A stretch of 64,000 bases of DNA from Candidatus Oxydemutatoraceae bacterium (GCA_965219575.1 OZ244779.1:396769-460768), one strand, 5' to 3'; counted from the stretch's first letter, positions 21,254-30,379 are shown. The notes: a model not told the origin generated them from the letters alone. A program made the numbers and translations.

Positions 21254-22600
21254 TCAACTCGGGTTTGAACCGGAACCGTTGCCCAAGTGCATAAACTTGA
21301 GTTTGTCTTCGGAGTGTAGACCTCTGTAAGCAGGCAACACAGACCATATATCATAAATAGCGGCAGGGGTTGCCATAGACATCGTCAAAGCATCCAGATC
21401 TATCCACTCATATTTTTTATTGTTGTTTGCTACTATTACAACCGATGCACGGTCAAACGCCTGCTTCAGATCCACCGGGGTTATCCCTAGATTGGAAATC
21501 GCCCGACTACCGACGGCAAAATCGTGTCCACAAATCGTCGCTTCGGGATATCGCTGCCTCAAACATGCAACAATATCCAAACTCGACGAGGCACGAGTAT
21601 CATCGGTTTCGGGTCGTCCTTTGAATGCCATACCCAAAATACTTATTTTAGTGTCTTTACCTTTATGCGGAATAATTCCGGTGTGGTCAAGACGATCACA
21701 TACATAGCCGGGAAGAGATTCGTTCAGGGCTCTGCCCTGTTTAATCAACTGTGGCACATAATCATAAGCCTTCAGAGAGGCTTGCAGAATATGTGGGTCT
21801 TTATAGAGACAAGGCCCGCCTACAAAACCGGGATCCGAAATCTGTGTCCTCGCATAACCTATGTTTGCAGCCTTAATAATTTCCCTACTGTCTAACCCCG
21901 CTGCCTCACATAATAATGCAACTTCATTCCCTATCGCAAAATTTAAATCTCTATAACTGTTATCCAACAATTTAATAATCTCGGCACTCTCAAGAGAGGA
22001 AACCATAATAACCGTCGGCGTTATTCTTCTAAAGACCGCCTCTGCTTGCAATGCCGACGCTTCCGTCAAGCCACCGATAATTTGCGGTAAAACAGCTAGT
22101 TCGGCCATTGCATTGCCCTCGATGGTACGCTCGGGGCAATAGGCGAGGCCGAATTGTTTACCACTTTGCTCCAGAGTCTTTTTAACGATTTTACGGGTGG
22201 TGCCTAGTTGCACGGTCGAGCGCAATATGACCAGTGCATCGTCGCTCATATGATTTGCAATCTCTTTTGATACCGACTCTATCATATCCATACGAGGATA
22301 ACCTTCATCGCTAAGCGGCGTACCCACCGTGATGATATAAACCAAAGGTTTTTGTCTATCGTTATCGAGTTCGGATACTTTGGATAAAAAATGCAGTCTG
22401 CCTGCATTCAAGCCACCTTTGATGCGAGGTTCAAAACCTTTTTCTAAAAAGTGTGGTTTGCCTTGCATAAGCATTTTTAATATATCCGAATTTTTCTCTA
22501 CCCCCCAAACATCAAAGCCCCGATCGGACATAATCGCAGCTAAGGTTAGACCGACATAGCCCATACCCACAATACATATTTTTCTATGTTCTATTACCAT
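21254..22600 (-). CDS. UDP-glucose/GDP-mannose family nucleotide-sugar dehydrogenase (WecC-like)
   Basis: GMGYVG, ITVGTP, RSTV, CPER, GGPCLYKDP, GMAFK. Confidence 0.9.
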   Translation of the reverse strand: MVIEHRKICIVGMGYVGLTLAAIMSDRGFDVWGVEKNSDILKMLMQGKPHFLEKGFEPRIKGGLNAGRLHFLSKVSELDNDRQKPLVYIITVGTPLSDEGYPRMDMIESVSKEIANHMSDDALVILRSTVQLGTTRKIVKKTLEQSGKQFGLAYCPERTIEGNAMAELAVLPQIIGGLTEASALQAEAVFRRITPTVIMVSSLESAEIIKLLDNSYRDLNFAIGNEVALLCEAAGLDSREIIKAANIGYARTQISDPGFVGGPCLYKDPHILQASLKAYDYVPQLIKQGRALNESLPGYVCDRLDHTGIIPHKGKDTKISILGMAFKGRPETDDTRASSSLDIVACLRQRYPEATICGHDFAVGSRAISNLGITPVDLKQAFDRASVVIVANNNKKYEWIDLDALTMSMATPAAIYDIWSVLPAYRGLHSEDKLKFMHLGNGSGSNPS

Positions 22601-22865
22601 AGTTTTATCCTTAAAGTATCAATAAAAAATTTCGGCTTTTCAGGAAAATCAATCGCATATATTGTATAGATAATTTCGATTTTCCGGCATCATCATACTA
22701 ATAGATATAGAACACGGAACTCTCTCCTGTTCATAATAGGGAGCATTATATGCTTTCTGCCTGTCTACTTCAATTTATAGTGTCATTTGTTCGTACAATG
22801 TCGCTAGAAATATGGTAAACTATGAGTTTCGTAACCCCCTCATAAATTTACAAGGAGATGTAATT

Positions 22866-23417
22866 ATGAACCAAAACTTCAAACTCAAAAAGTCCATCAG
22901 ATTGATAACCGCTATTTTAGCAGGAAGCATGATGATGGCGGGAGCCGTATCTGCTGACGACTGCAAAATGCGCTCGGCACAGAAAATGTCCGGCGACTAT
23001 ATAATGGCAGCTGGCCACATGAAAGGTGAAGATCATCATCACGGTGATGGCATGATGAAAGATGCCGATCATGGCGATGGCATGATGAAAGATGCCGATC
23101 ATGGCGATGGCATGATGAAAGATGCCGATCATGGCGATGGCATGATGAAAGATGCCGGACACGGCGATGGCATGATGAAAGATGCCGGACACGGCGATGG
23201 CATGATGAAAGATGCCGGACACGGCGATGGCATGATGAAAGATGCCGGACACGGCGATGGCATGATGAAAGATGCCGGACACGGTGACGGCATGATGAAA
23301 GATGCCGGACACGGTGACGGCATGATGAAAGATGCCGGACACGGTGACGGCATGATGAAAGATGCCGGACACGGTGACGGCATGATGAAAGATGCCGGAA
23401 GCATGAAAAAGTATTAA
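22866..23417 (+). CDS. Secreted His/Met-rich tandem-repeat protein (paralog of the downstream HvfA-like precursor)
   Basis: AAGGAG RBS; signal peptide MNQNFKLKKSIRL..AGAVSA; 12 x HGDGMMKDA(D/G). Confidence 0.8.
   Translation: MNQNFKLKKSIRLITAILAGSMMMAGAVSADDCKMRSAQKMSGDYIMAAGHMKGEDHHHGDGMMKDADHGDGMMKDADHGDGMMKDADHGDGMMKDAGHGDGMMKDAGHGDGMMKDAGHGDGMMKDAGHGDGMMKDAGHGDGMMKDAGHGDGMMKDAGHGDGMMKDAGHGDGMMKDAGSMKKY
23040..23399 (+). repeat. Coding tandem repeat, 12 x 30 bp
   Basis: CAYGGYGAYGGCATGATGAAAGATGCCG(AT/GA) repeated head to tail. Confidence 0.95.
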
Positions 23418-23440
23418 AAACCTTTAATCTGCTAACAGGT

Positions 23441-23471
23441 ATAGGGGTGGGTCACATACCCACCCCCTATA
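23441..23471 (+). terminator. Putative terminator hairpin
   Basis: ATAGGGGTGGGT-CACAT-ACCCACCCCCTAT. Confidence 0.6.
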
Positions 23472-23770
23472 TCATGCGCCTGTTGAATGATTGCCACAAT
23501 CAAAACATTTCGACTTAATTGCGATACCCACCCGCAGGGTCGGCCCCTCTACTATTAAGCAAGGGGATACTAGCTCTCCCCTACAACACATATTTCTCTA
23601 GGCTCTGTTGCCATAGTTTTATCTTTCAAATATCAATAGAAAAATTTCGGTTGTTATCAAGAAAATCAACTGATATATTTTATAAATAATTGCGATTTTC
23701 AAATGTCGCTAGAGATATGATAGACTAGGGTTCTAAAAAACCCCTATAATCATATTAAGGAGACGTAATC

Positions 23771-24271
23771 ATGAACAAAAACTTCAAACTCAAAAAATCC
23801 ATCAGATTGGTAACCGCTACTTTGGCGGGAAGTATGACGATGGCGGGAGCTGTGTCTGCCGAAAGCAACATTTTCTCGGTGCAAGAACTACCCGGCGGCT
23901 ACATGCTGGCAGGTTCTCACATGGAGGGTAAATGTGGTGAAGGGCACTGCGGTGAAGGCATGAAAGGTGCCGAAGGGCAATGTGGTGAAGGCAGTTGCGG
24001 TGAAGGCATGAAAGGTGCCGAAGGGCAATGTGGTGAAGGCACTTGCGGTGAAGGCATGAAAGGTGCCGAAGGGCAATGTGGTGAAGGCACTTGCGGTGAA
24101 GGTATGAAAGATGCCGAAGGGCAATGTGGTGAAGGTCAGTGTGGTGGATCCATGAAAGATGCCGAAGGGCAATGTGGTGAAGGTCAGTGTGGTGGATCCA
24201 TGAAAGATGCCGAAGGGCAATGTGGTGAAGGTCAGTGTGGCGGATCTATGAAAAATGCCGAAAGGCGGTAA
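23771..24271 (+). CDS. HvfA-like (EGKCG-repeat) secreted RiPP precursor / metal-binding peptide
   Basis: Signal peptide, F..QELPGGYML linker, 14 EGxCG motifs, six 16-aa (48-bp) units MK(G/D)AEGQCGEGxCG(EG/GS). Confidence 0.8.
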   Translation: MNKNFKLKKSIRLVTATLAGSMTMAGAVSAESNIFSVQELPGGYMLAGSHMEGKCGEGHCGEGMKGAEGQCGEGSCGEGMKGAEGQCGEGTCGEGMKGAEGQCGEGTCGEGMKDAEGQCGEGQCGGSMKDAEGQCGEGQCGGSMKDAEGQCGEGQCGGSMKNAERR

Positions 24272-24306
24272 ATAGAGACTTTTAGCATACTTGCTTAGTC
24301 CGCATA

Positions 24307-24338
24307 GGGGTGGATATTCGGTCCACCCCTGATTTTTT
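24307..24338 (+). terminator. Rho-independent terminator
   Basis: GGGGTGGA-TATTCGG-TCCACCCC followed by TGATTTTTT. Confidence 0.7.
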
Positions 24339-24366
24339 GCGAAACACTCTATAAGAAATAGGCTGA

Positions 24367-25023
24367 TTATTGGTAGCGTAGTTCTACCCGCCTGTTCATG
24401 GCATTCGCATAGGCACTATCTCCCTCTACAGCCAGTTCGCTTTTACCACGACTCTCTGTGCTGATACTGGAAGGAGAGACTCCCATTTGAACCAATATCT
24501 CGGCGACGGCTTGTGCTCTTCTTAAGGCAAGTTCCTGGTTATAACGACTGGACGCTATCGCATCGGAATGTCCCACTAAAATAACGGAAGCACCACTGTT
24601 GATTAGATATTGAGAATGTAACTGCAACAAATTAAGGCTCGTTGCCGGAACGATAATACTTTTATAATCAAAATAGACAATAGCGCGTGGTAGAGCAGAC
24701 CCGGGCGAAGGTCTTCTGACCGGCTCATCCCCATATTCCTCACCGAACTCATCTTCAAATTCCTCTGCGAACTCCTCGTCGAACTCGTCTTCAAATTCCT
24801 CTGCGAACTCTTCATCGAATTCGTCGGCGAATTCTTCGTCAAATGCTTCGTCAAACTCTTCATCGAATTCGTCGGCGAATTCTTCATCCATTTCCTCTTC
24901 CATGGAAATTTCAACGACTTCCTCGTCGTCTTCAAAAAACCAATCCCATGTATTAGACATGGTAGAACAGCCGGACAAAGCGAATACTGCCGATAGACCG
25001 ATTAAAAATAGCTTCAATTTCAT
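24367..25023 (-). CDS. OmpA/Pal-like peptidoglycan-binding lipoprotein with acidic repeat linker
   Basis: Lipobox LSGC; EEFADEFD repeats; YFDY, GHSD..YNQELALRRA, NRRVEL. Confidence 0.85.
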   Translation of the reverse strand: MKLKLFLIGLSAVFALSGCSTMSNTWDWFFEDDEEVVEISMEEEMDEEFADEFDEEFDEAFDEEFADEFDEEFAEEFEDEFDEEFAEEFEDEFGEEYGDEPVRRPSPGSALPRAIVYFDYKSIIVPATSLNLLQLHSQYLINSGASVILVGHSDAIASSRYNQELALRRAQAVAEILVQMGVSPSSISTESRGKSELAVEGDSAYANAMNRRVELRYQ

Positions 25024-25320
25024 TTTATTTCCTTCCCGATAAGTCTGTTTCCCTGCTGGATCGGTCAACCGACCGATTCAAATTATAGGCGATAGTATAA
25101 CATCTATTTTTGTATTCTATAAAAGGCGGGAATTATATAGTTAACTTGACAAAGGAATGTTAAATTAAATCAAGCGACAGTGGCAACACAAGTCGGTCAA
25201 TGAAGCGTCAAAAAGATAGGGTGGGCAAGGCAGGTTCAAAGTCTGTCAAGTTACCCATATAATTCCCCAAAAGGCAAATGATGTTTCCCCTGTGCTATAA
25301 TCCGTGCAAAAGTAAGCCCG

Positions 25321-25980
25321 ATGAGACTGGAAATCCCTGATAATAACCGCATTTTTGTAGTGTCTGCGCCATCGGGTAGCGGTAAAACCAGTCTAATCAA
25401 AAAGGCACTGGCAGAGTTAAAAAGTCTAAAATTATCTATATCACACACAACTCGCCCTCCTAGACCCGATGAAATAGAGGGGCAAGATTATTATTTTGTC
25501 GATAAAAATACCTTTAGAGCGATGATTGCACGGAGCGATTTTATTGAATATGCGCTGGTCTACAATGAATACTATGGTACATCAAAATCCTACATAGAAA
25601 ACACATTAGACCGAGGATACACTATCGTAATGGAAATAGATTGGCAGGGTGCGAGACAAATAAGAACTTATTATGACAATATTTTTTCTATATTCATTTT
25701 GCCTCCTTCGTTGCCGACTCTGCGCACACGTCTGGAGAAACGCGCACAAGATACGATAGCAGTGATCGATGCACGCATGGAACGAGCGATTTCCGAAGCA
25801 GCACATTTCAACGAATACAACTATACTATTGTCAACGATGACTTTGTGCGTGCCGGTGCCGAGTTTATCGCTGTTTTAGCCGGGTGCATAAACCAAACCG
25901 AGATTACGGCATCAAGAAAGTTGCTCCGCAAAACGATTTCGGCATTAAATTTGAACGACGAAGGAACGAACGATGAGTAG
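25321..25980 (+). CDS. gmk: Guanylate kinase
   Basis: APSGSGKTS, SHTTRPPR, YYGT, EIDWQGA. Confidence 0.95.
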   Translation: MRLEIPDNNRIFVVSAPSGSGKTSLIKKALAELKSLKLSISHTTRPPRPDEIEGQDYYFVDKNTFRAMIARSDFIEYALVYNEYYGTSKSYIENTLDRGYTIVMEIDWQGARQIRTYYDNIFSIFILPPSLPTLRTRLEKRAQDTIAVIDARMERAISEAAHFNEYNYTIVNDDFVRAGAEFIAVLAGCINQTEITASRKLLRKTISALNLNDEGTNDE

Positions 25981-26311
25981 AGACGACAACATTATAAAAA
26001 TCACCGATATTGCGGCGCAACAAATACGGAAAGCTATAAAACCGGACGAGGCGAAAACGGTAAGTCTAAGATTGGCGGTGATGCGCAATGCGGACGGCAG
26101 TTTTCACTACGCAATGGGTATAGACGATCAAAACTACGAAGACGATCTTAAGTTGCAAAGTAATAATATCAATATCGTCGTCAATAGTGCCATGCTCGGC
26201 ATGATCAAGAATATGACCTTAGATTATGTGGAATTGGAAAAAGGACAATACAACTTTATCTTTCTAAACCCCAACGACCCGTCCTACGTGCCGCCGACCG
26301 ATATGGATTAG
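25973..26311 (+). CDS. dsrR: DsrR (Cys-lacking IscA/HesB-like protein)
   Basis: IscA-like pattern without Cys; LRLA...DGS..Y.MG.DD and TLDYVELE.GQ..FIFLNPNDP, as recalled for Chromatiales DsrR. Confidence 0.8.
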   Translation: MSRDDNIIKITDIAAQQIRKAIKPDEAKTVSLRLAVMRNADGSFHYAMGIDDQNYEDDLKLQSNNINIVVNSAMLGMIKNMTLDYVELEKGQYNFIFLNPNDPSYVPPTDMD

Positions 26312-26376
26312 CTTGCCGCATTTCGGGCCGACCATTCCTTGTCATGGGAGGCGGCTTTCGTAAATAGGTGAATAAC

Positions 26377-26715
26377 CTAGAAGTAGTGCTTTCTATGTTT
26401 ACGCCGAGTGCCCGCTCGTTGTGTAACGACACCTTTGATGTTCGGCTTATCGGTTATATCCAATGTAGGATAACCGGGGTTTAATGCTTTAATAAGATAT
26501 TTTCCTTCCTCTATGCAAAGCTGCCTAAAAATAAATTCCCCCTTCACTTCGGCAATAACATAATTGCCATCCTGCGCGTTATCGGCGGGGTCTATGATAA
26601 TAATAGAACCATCCGGAAACTCGGGGGACATACTGTCTCCCAAGACGCGCAAAGCAAACGGCTCGCTTACTTCGCATCCGCTACCCTCTAGTGGAATTTT
26701 AGGTACATCGCTCAT
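26377..26715 (-). CDS. S24 family peptidase domain protein (no HTH)
   Basis: FALRVLGDSMSPEFPDGSIIIIDP; the usual catalytic Lys position appears as FRQL. Confidence 0.8.
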   Translation of the reverse strand: MSDVPKIPLEGSGCEVSEPFALRVLGDSMSPEFPDGSIIIIDPADNAQDGNYVIAEVKGEFIFRQLCIEEGKYLIKALNPGYPTLDITDKPNIKGVVTQRAGTRRKHRKHYF

Positions 26716-26784
26716 CTATGTGTTCCTCTCCTTAGTTATCCGTTCGTTATCCCGACTGCGATTGAAATTTCGTGTGCTTACTTT

Positions 26785-27402
26785 CTAGGCAAACACGATC
26801 CAAGTCGTAGCAATGTATTTTACACCCTTCTGCAAAATCACACCTCTATGTTCGTGGGTCCAAAAAGGAGGAAATAAAAGTAATTTGCCTTGCTCGGGTT
26901 TGATGCGAACTTGTTGAATCAGAAACTCGGTCTCGCCGCCGGGTCCCGGCACATCGTTCAAGTACCAAATAGCAACCAGTTGACGATTGCTGAAATCATG
27001 GCTGCCGCCGTCTATATGCCAATGGTAGTATTCGTCGTTGCGGGTGCGCTGCATACCGTAACCCATATCCTTGAAGCGACCGGAAAAATAAGGGAATGTA
27101 GCCCTAAATTCTCTCATTGCGCAAGCCAAGGATTGAAACAATGCTCGATCTATATCTTTCCATTGTTGTTTGCCGCTAATCAACAAGTCGGTTGACCGTT
27201 TGACGGCTGAATTTTGCACCGCAACTTGACCGACGCATCCGACGAATTGCTCGTCGGTGCTTTCTTCAAAACGATGAATCATCTGCTCGCATAACGATCC
27301 CGAAAGCGCGTTATGCTTCTCAAAAATAAAGGAATTGGGTTTGACCTCGGATAGGGTTTTGAGCGGTATTATAGTTTTTTGACTACACATCGTATGAGGC
27401 AC
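26785..27402 (-). CDS. 2OG-Fe(II) oxygenase (prolyl-hydroxylase-like)
   Basis: HWHID, YLND, GGETEF, FPPFWTHEHRG, KY. Confidence 0.85.
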   Translation of the reverse strand: MPHTMCSQKTIIPLKTLSEVKPNSFIFEKHNALSGSLCEQMIHRFEESTDEQFVGCVGQVAVQNSAVKRSTDLLISGKQQWKDIDRALFQSLACAMREFRATFPYFSGRFKDMGYGMQRTRNDEYYHWHIDGGSHDFSNRQLVAIWYLNDVPGPGGETEFLIQQVRIKPEQGKLLLFPPFWTHEHRGVILQKGVKYIATTWIVFA

Positions 27403-28448
27403 TAGAAAGCGTATCGGGTTATTAAATCTTCGGTGTTTTGCTTGTTTCTATTATTTCCCTCTGCGGATAATTCTAATAGATCGCACACTTTCTCCTGCCA
27501 ATGCTTCTTCGCCGGTAACAATGATGACTCTAATAATGAAAAGTCATTGCTTTGTGTCCAGTTTCGATAGGCATCTATCAACACCGGGCATAACGCTTTG
27601 CGCATAACACTCATGTTCGCTATATAAAAATGTATAGAGGCCGACTTTTGTTGCGAGACTAATGCGGGTAACAGCGCAATGCTGTCGGCTAAATTGTCCT
27701 TCATTGCGCGGATTAGCGGTTCCATTCTCGAGGCACTGCATCGGTGCAATATCCGATGCCAGCCGTCGGGAAGATAACGGTGTGCTTCTAGTTCCCCTAT
27801 CTCGTGCAAAAGAACCGTTTCTGTTTCAACCTCGGTCATCCGCTCGAGGGCATCTTCCAGATTATTGTCAAAATCGTAATACGAGAGTGCCGCCGCCATC
27901 GCATTTTGGGGACGATTCCAGTACCATTCGTTGAGCTTCTCCCAAATCATTCTTTTAAGTGACTCTTTTCTGATGAAAATTGTCTTTGCCAAAGACATGC
28001 CGGGTGGCGCAGTTAGATCCCGGGCGTATTCCTTCGAGGATATCAGCACTCGATAATCTTTATAAAAACTTTGAGATTCATACTCGGCAATAAAAAAGTG
28101 CGGTATTGATTTTGCCCCTATACCACCCGAATAGATATAGCCTTGAGAGAGTAAATGCTCGTTAATCGCCTCGGTATCGAAGGGGTTGAATGTTCGATCG
28201 TTGATACACAAAGGTTGAAAATCTTCATGTTTGATAGACTCCCATTCGGTCTCCCGGCTACATAGCCACGCACCTAACTCCGATTGATCCAGAGATGTAT
28301 CGAAACCGTAGCCTTTCTCCCAACGAAAGTACTCTCGCATTTTCAAAAGATAAACACACATCGTGTAAGTGCCGGCATAACACGCATCGGAGATGTCGCA
28401 GTTATGCTGCACGACATCGCGCAGATTTTTAATAGAGTGATCCATCAT
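27402..28448 (-). CDS. Conserved hypothetical protein (Sfum_1244-like)
   Basis: VQHNCDISDA..CVYLLKMREYFRWE N-terminus, LLHEIGE motif. Confidence 0.65.
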   Translation of the reverse strand: MMDHSIKNLRDVVQHNCDISDACYAGTYTMCVYLLKMREYFRWEKGYGFDTSLDQSELGAWLCSRETEWESIKHEDFQPLCINDRTFNPFDTEAINEHLLSQGYIYSGGIGAKSIPHFFIAEYESQSFYKDYRVLISSKEYARDLTAPPGMSLAKTIFIRKESLKRMIWEKLNEWYWNRPQNAMAAALSYYDFDNNLEDALERMTEVETETVLLHEIGELEAHRYLPDGWHRILHRCSASRMEPLIRAMKDNLADSIALLPALVSQQKSASIHFYIANMSVMRKALCPVLIDAYRNWTQSNDFSLLESSLLPAKKHWQEKVCDLLELSAEGNNRNKQNTEDLITRYAF

Positions 28449-28549
28449 CCCGTAAAGAATTGATAAAAAGTTTATATAATATCTCTGTGTTCATCAAACA
28501 TGGTGATCTAAAGGTCGGAAAAAACTTATAATACTTTATTTTTGAAAGA

Positions 28550-29110
28550 ATGGTTGTTAGATTAAAAACTAATTGGAACTTGGACAGAGGTGTTAGAACG
28601 CACCGCGAGACCGCAAGTGTTATCAGCACCAATATATGGCGCATTATCACCGAGTCATTGTTGAACATGGAAAACGAGGGGTTTGCTACCGAAAGTAACT
28701 CGCAACGACTGGATATACTCTGCGAATTTGCAGCGTATGCCATTCATTTATTGGATAGATATATGTATAATTCGTCACAAGTAGCCGAAAGACAAAAAAT
28801 GGTATCTCAAACCGCACAACATTTAGCAGGAATTATTCAAGATAATCGTCTAGATGCAAAAGCTACAATAAACGGAAAGATGCCTTTCATGACATTGTTG
28901 AACGATCGGACGGATAATTATTCCGAATGTAAATACGACCGAGAACCCGGCTTTGACATGCGGCGTGTATTAGGAGACTATGTGAGCGAAATAATGCGCA
29001 GTGCGCATCGCAGGTGGACTGCTACCTATATATTGGATATAGCGGCTTATAACATACACTCTAATCTGCTAAAGGTTTTGAACAATTTTCTCTCCGATCC
29101 AAGGTCATAA
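28550..29110 (+). CDS. Hypothetical protein
   Basis: 186-aa ORF, co-oriented with and 8 bp upstream of the sulfotransferase gene. Confidence 0.6.
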   Translation: MVVRLKTNWNLDRGVRTHRETASVISTNIWRIITESLLNMENEGFATESNSQRLDILCEFAAYAIHLLDRYMYNSSQVAERQKMVSQTAQHLAGIIQDNRLDAKATINGKMPFMTLLNDRTDNYSECKYDREPGFDMRRVLGDYVSEIMRSAHRRWTATYILDIAAYNIHSNLLKVLNNFLSDPRS

Positions 29111-29118
29111 ATTCTAAG

Positions 29119-29862
29119 ATGAGTACGAATATAAACAAACTGGTGTTTACGGCTAAATCGGTTCTAAAGTCGCGAAACCCTACGCAATCGATGAAAATTG
29201 CTACCTACTCGGATCAATATCGACTGATATACTATTCGGTCCCTAAGGTGGCTTGCACGACGATTAAAACATGTATGGCAAAATTGGACAATGTAGAAAC
29301 CAAAGACTTAGGCGTACACCAAAAAAACACGGCAATAAAACGCCTCACTATAAAGGCATCGAATGCAGCTTGTTATGCCGATTATTACCGCTTCTCTTTT
29401 GTCAGAAACCCATGGGATCGGCTATTCTCTTGTTATAAAAATAAAGTTTACGACCCCCCGAGATTTTTCCCGAAAAGTAATCCGTACTATAACGAGAAGG
29501 GAGAGTTCAAGGATTTCATAAGACGATACGGTAACTTAAAATTCAAGGATATGCAATTTGAGGATTTTGTCGATTTTGTAATAGGAATACCGGATTATCG
29601 GTGCGATCCGCACTTTCTACCTCAGCATTATTTTTTTGAATTGAAAAAACTCGACTTTATAGGAAGATTTGAGAATTTTCAATCGGACATGCGCATCGTT
29701 CTTAAAAGAATAGCCCCGGATTTTGATGCCTCGGAAATTATCTCCGAAAAAAAACAGCGTAGTAGTCCCGGCAATTATAAAGACGCTTACGACGACCAAA
29801 CGCGCAAACTTGTAGCCCAAAAATACGAACAGGACATCGAGCTATTCGGCTATACTTTCTAA
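29119..29862 (+). CDS. Sulfotransferase family 2 protein
   Basis: 5'-PSB loop VPKVACTT; 3'-PB motif FVRNPWDRLFSCY; HFLPQ; FIGRFE; DIELFGY. Confidence 0.85.
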   Translation: MSTNINKLVFTAKSVLKSRNPTQSMKIATYSDQYRLIYYSVPKVACTTIKTCMAKLDNVETKDLGVHQKNTAIKRLTIKASNAACYADYYRFSFVRNPWDRLFSCYKNKVYDPPRFFPKSNPYYNEKGEFKDFIRRYGNLKFKDMQFEDFVDFVIGIPDYRCDPHFLPQHYFFELKKLDFIGRFENFQSDMRIVLKRIAPDFDASEIISEKKQRSSPGNYKDAYDDQTRKLVAQKYEQDIELFGYTF

Positions 29863-29897
29863 ATAAAACCGCCGAGTGAACATTGTGCAGAGCCGCG

Positions 29898-30148
29898 GCG
29901 ACTGTTGAAAAAGTATCCACGAACCGTAGGGGCGGACTTCAATTGAATTGCCGATTGACCTACTGGCTCAATCGGCGGCTCTATTCTGCCCGTAGCGCGT
30001 TGGTCGGCACGATTTATACATTCATCCACCCGATTTATGGAAACCAAAACCATACGGCGCAAGCGGTTCCAGCCGTGCAGAACGGTGCTTTAGGGCAGAC
30101 ATGCAAGTCCGCCTCTACCACTCTATGAAATACTTTTTCAACAGCCCC
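29898..30148. mobile_element. Mosaic MITE/REP element, copy 6
   Basis: GACTGTTGAAAAAGTATCCACGAAC, REP with nested hairpin, spacer, inverted REP, TACTTTTTCAACAGCCCC. Confidence 0.85.
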
Positions 30149-30170
30149 AAGTCTATCCGAAGACTGAAGC

Positions 30171-30362
30171 CTACAACCAAGACGAAAAATTATCTAAAGA
30201 TTTTTCCGAACCGTCTTTATAACCCGCCGTATAAGCATCGCTTGCGCGCTGCTCTTCGCGCTCGGGATGTCCCAAATAACCGATTTGCCAGCCGATGATA
30301 TAGTCGGGTTGAACACCTGCTTCCTCCATTTTAGCCGTAGCTTCTCTATAAAACTTGTCCAT
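30171..30362 (-). CDS. Small sulfur-oxidiser protein (Alvin_2107-like)
   Basis: 63 aa, AGGAG RBS, ME..GV..DYIIGW..GYL.HP.REEQR...AY.AGY.DG pattern. Confidence 0.65.
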   Translation of the reverse strand: MDKFYREATAKMEEAGVQPDYIIGWQIGYLGHPEREEQRASDAYTAGYKDGSEKSLDNFSSWL

Positions 30363-30379
30363 GTTTCTCCTTTTTTATA

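Noticed and set aside
22866-23417. Sulfur globule protein (Sgp)
   Set aside because: Known Sgps are mostly Gly/Tyr/Pro-rich. This protein is His/Met/Asp-rich and clearly paralogous to the EGxCG gene.
23040-24250. 30-bp and 48-bp tandem arrays as CRISPR or non-coding satellites; antisense ORFs 22917-23372, 23129-23404 and 23888-24220
   Set aside because: The arrays are in frame within signal-peptide genes that have an RBS. The antisense ORFs are shadows of the repeats.
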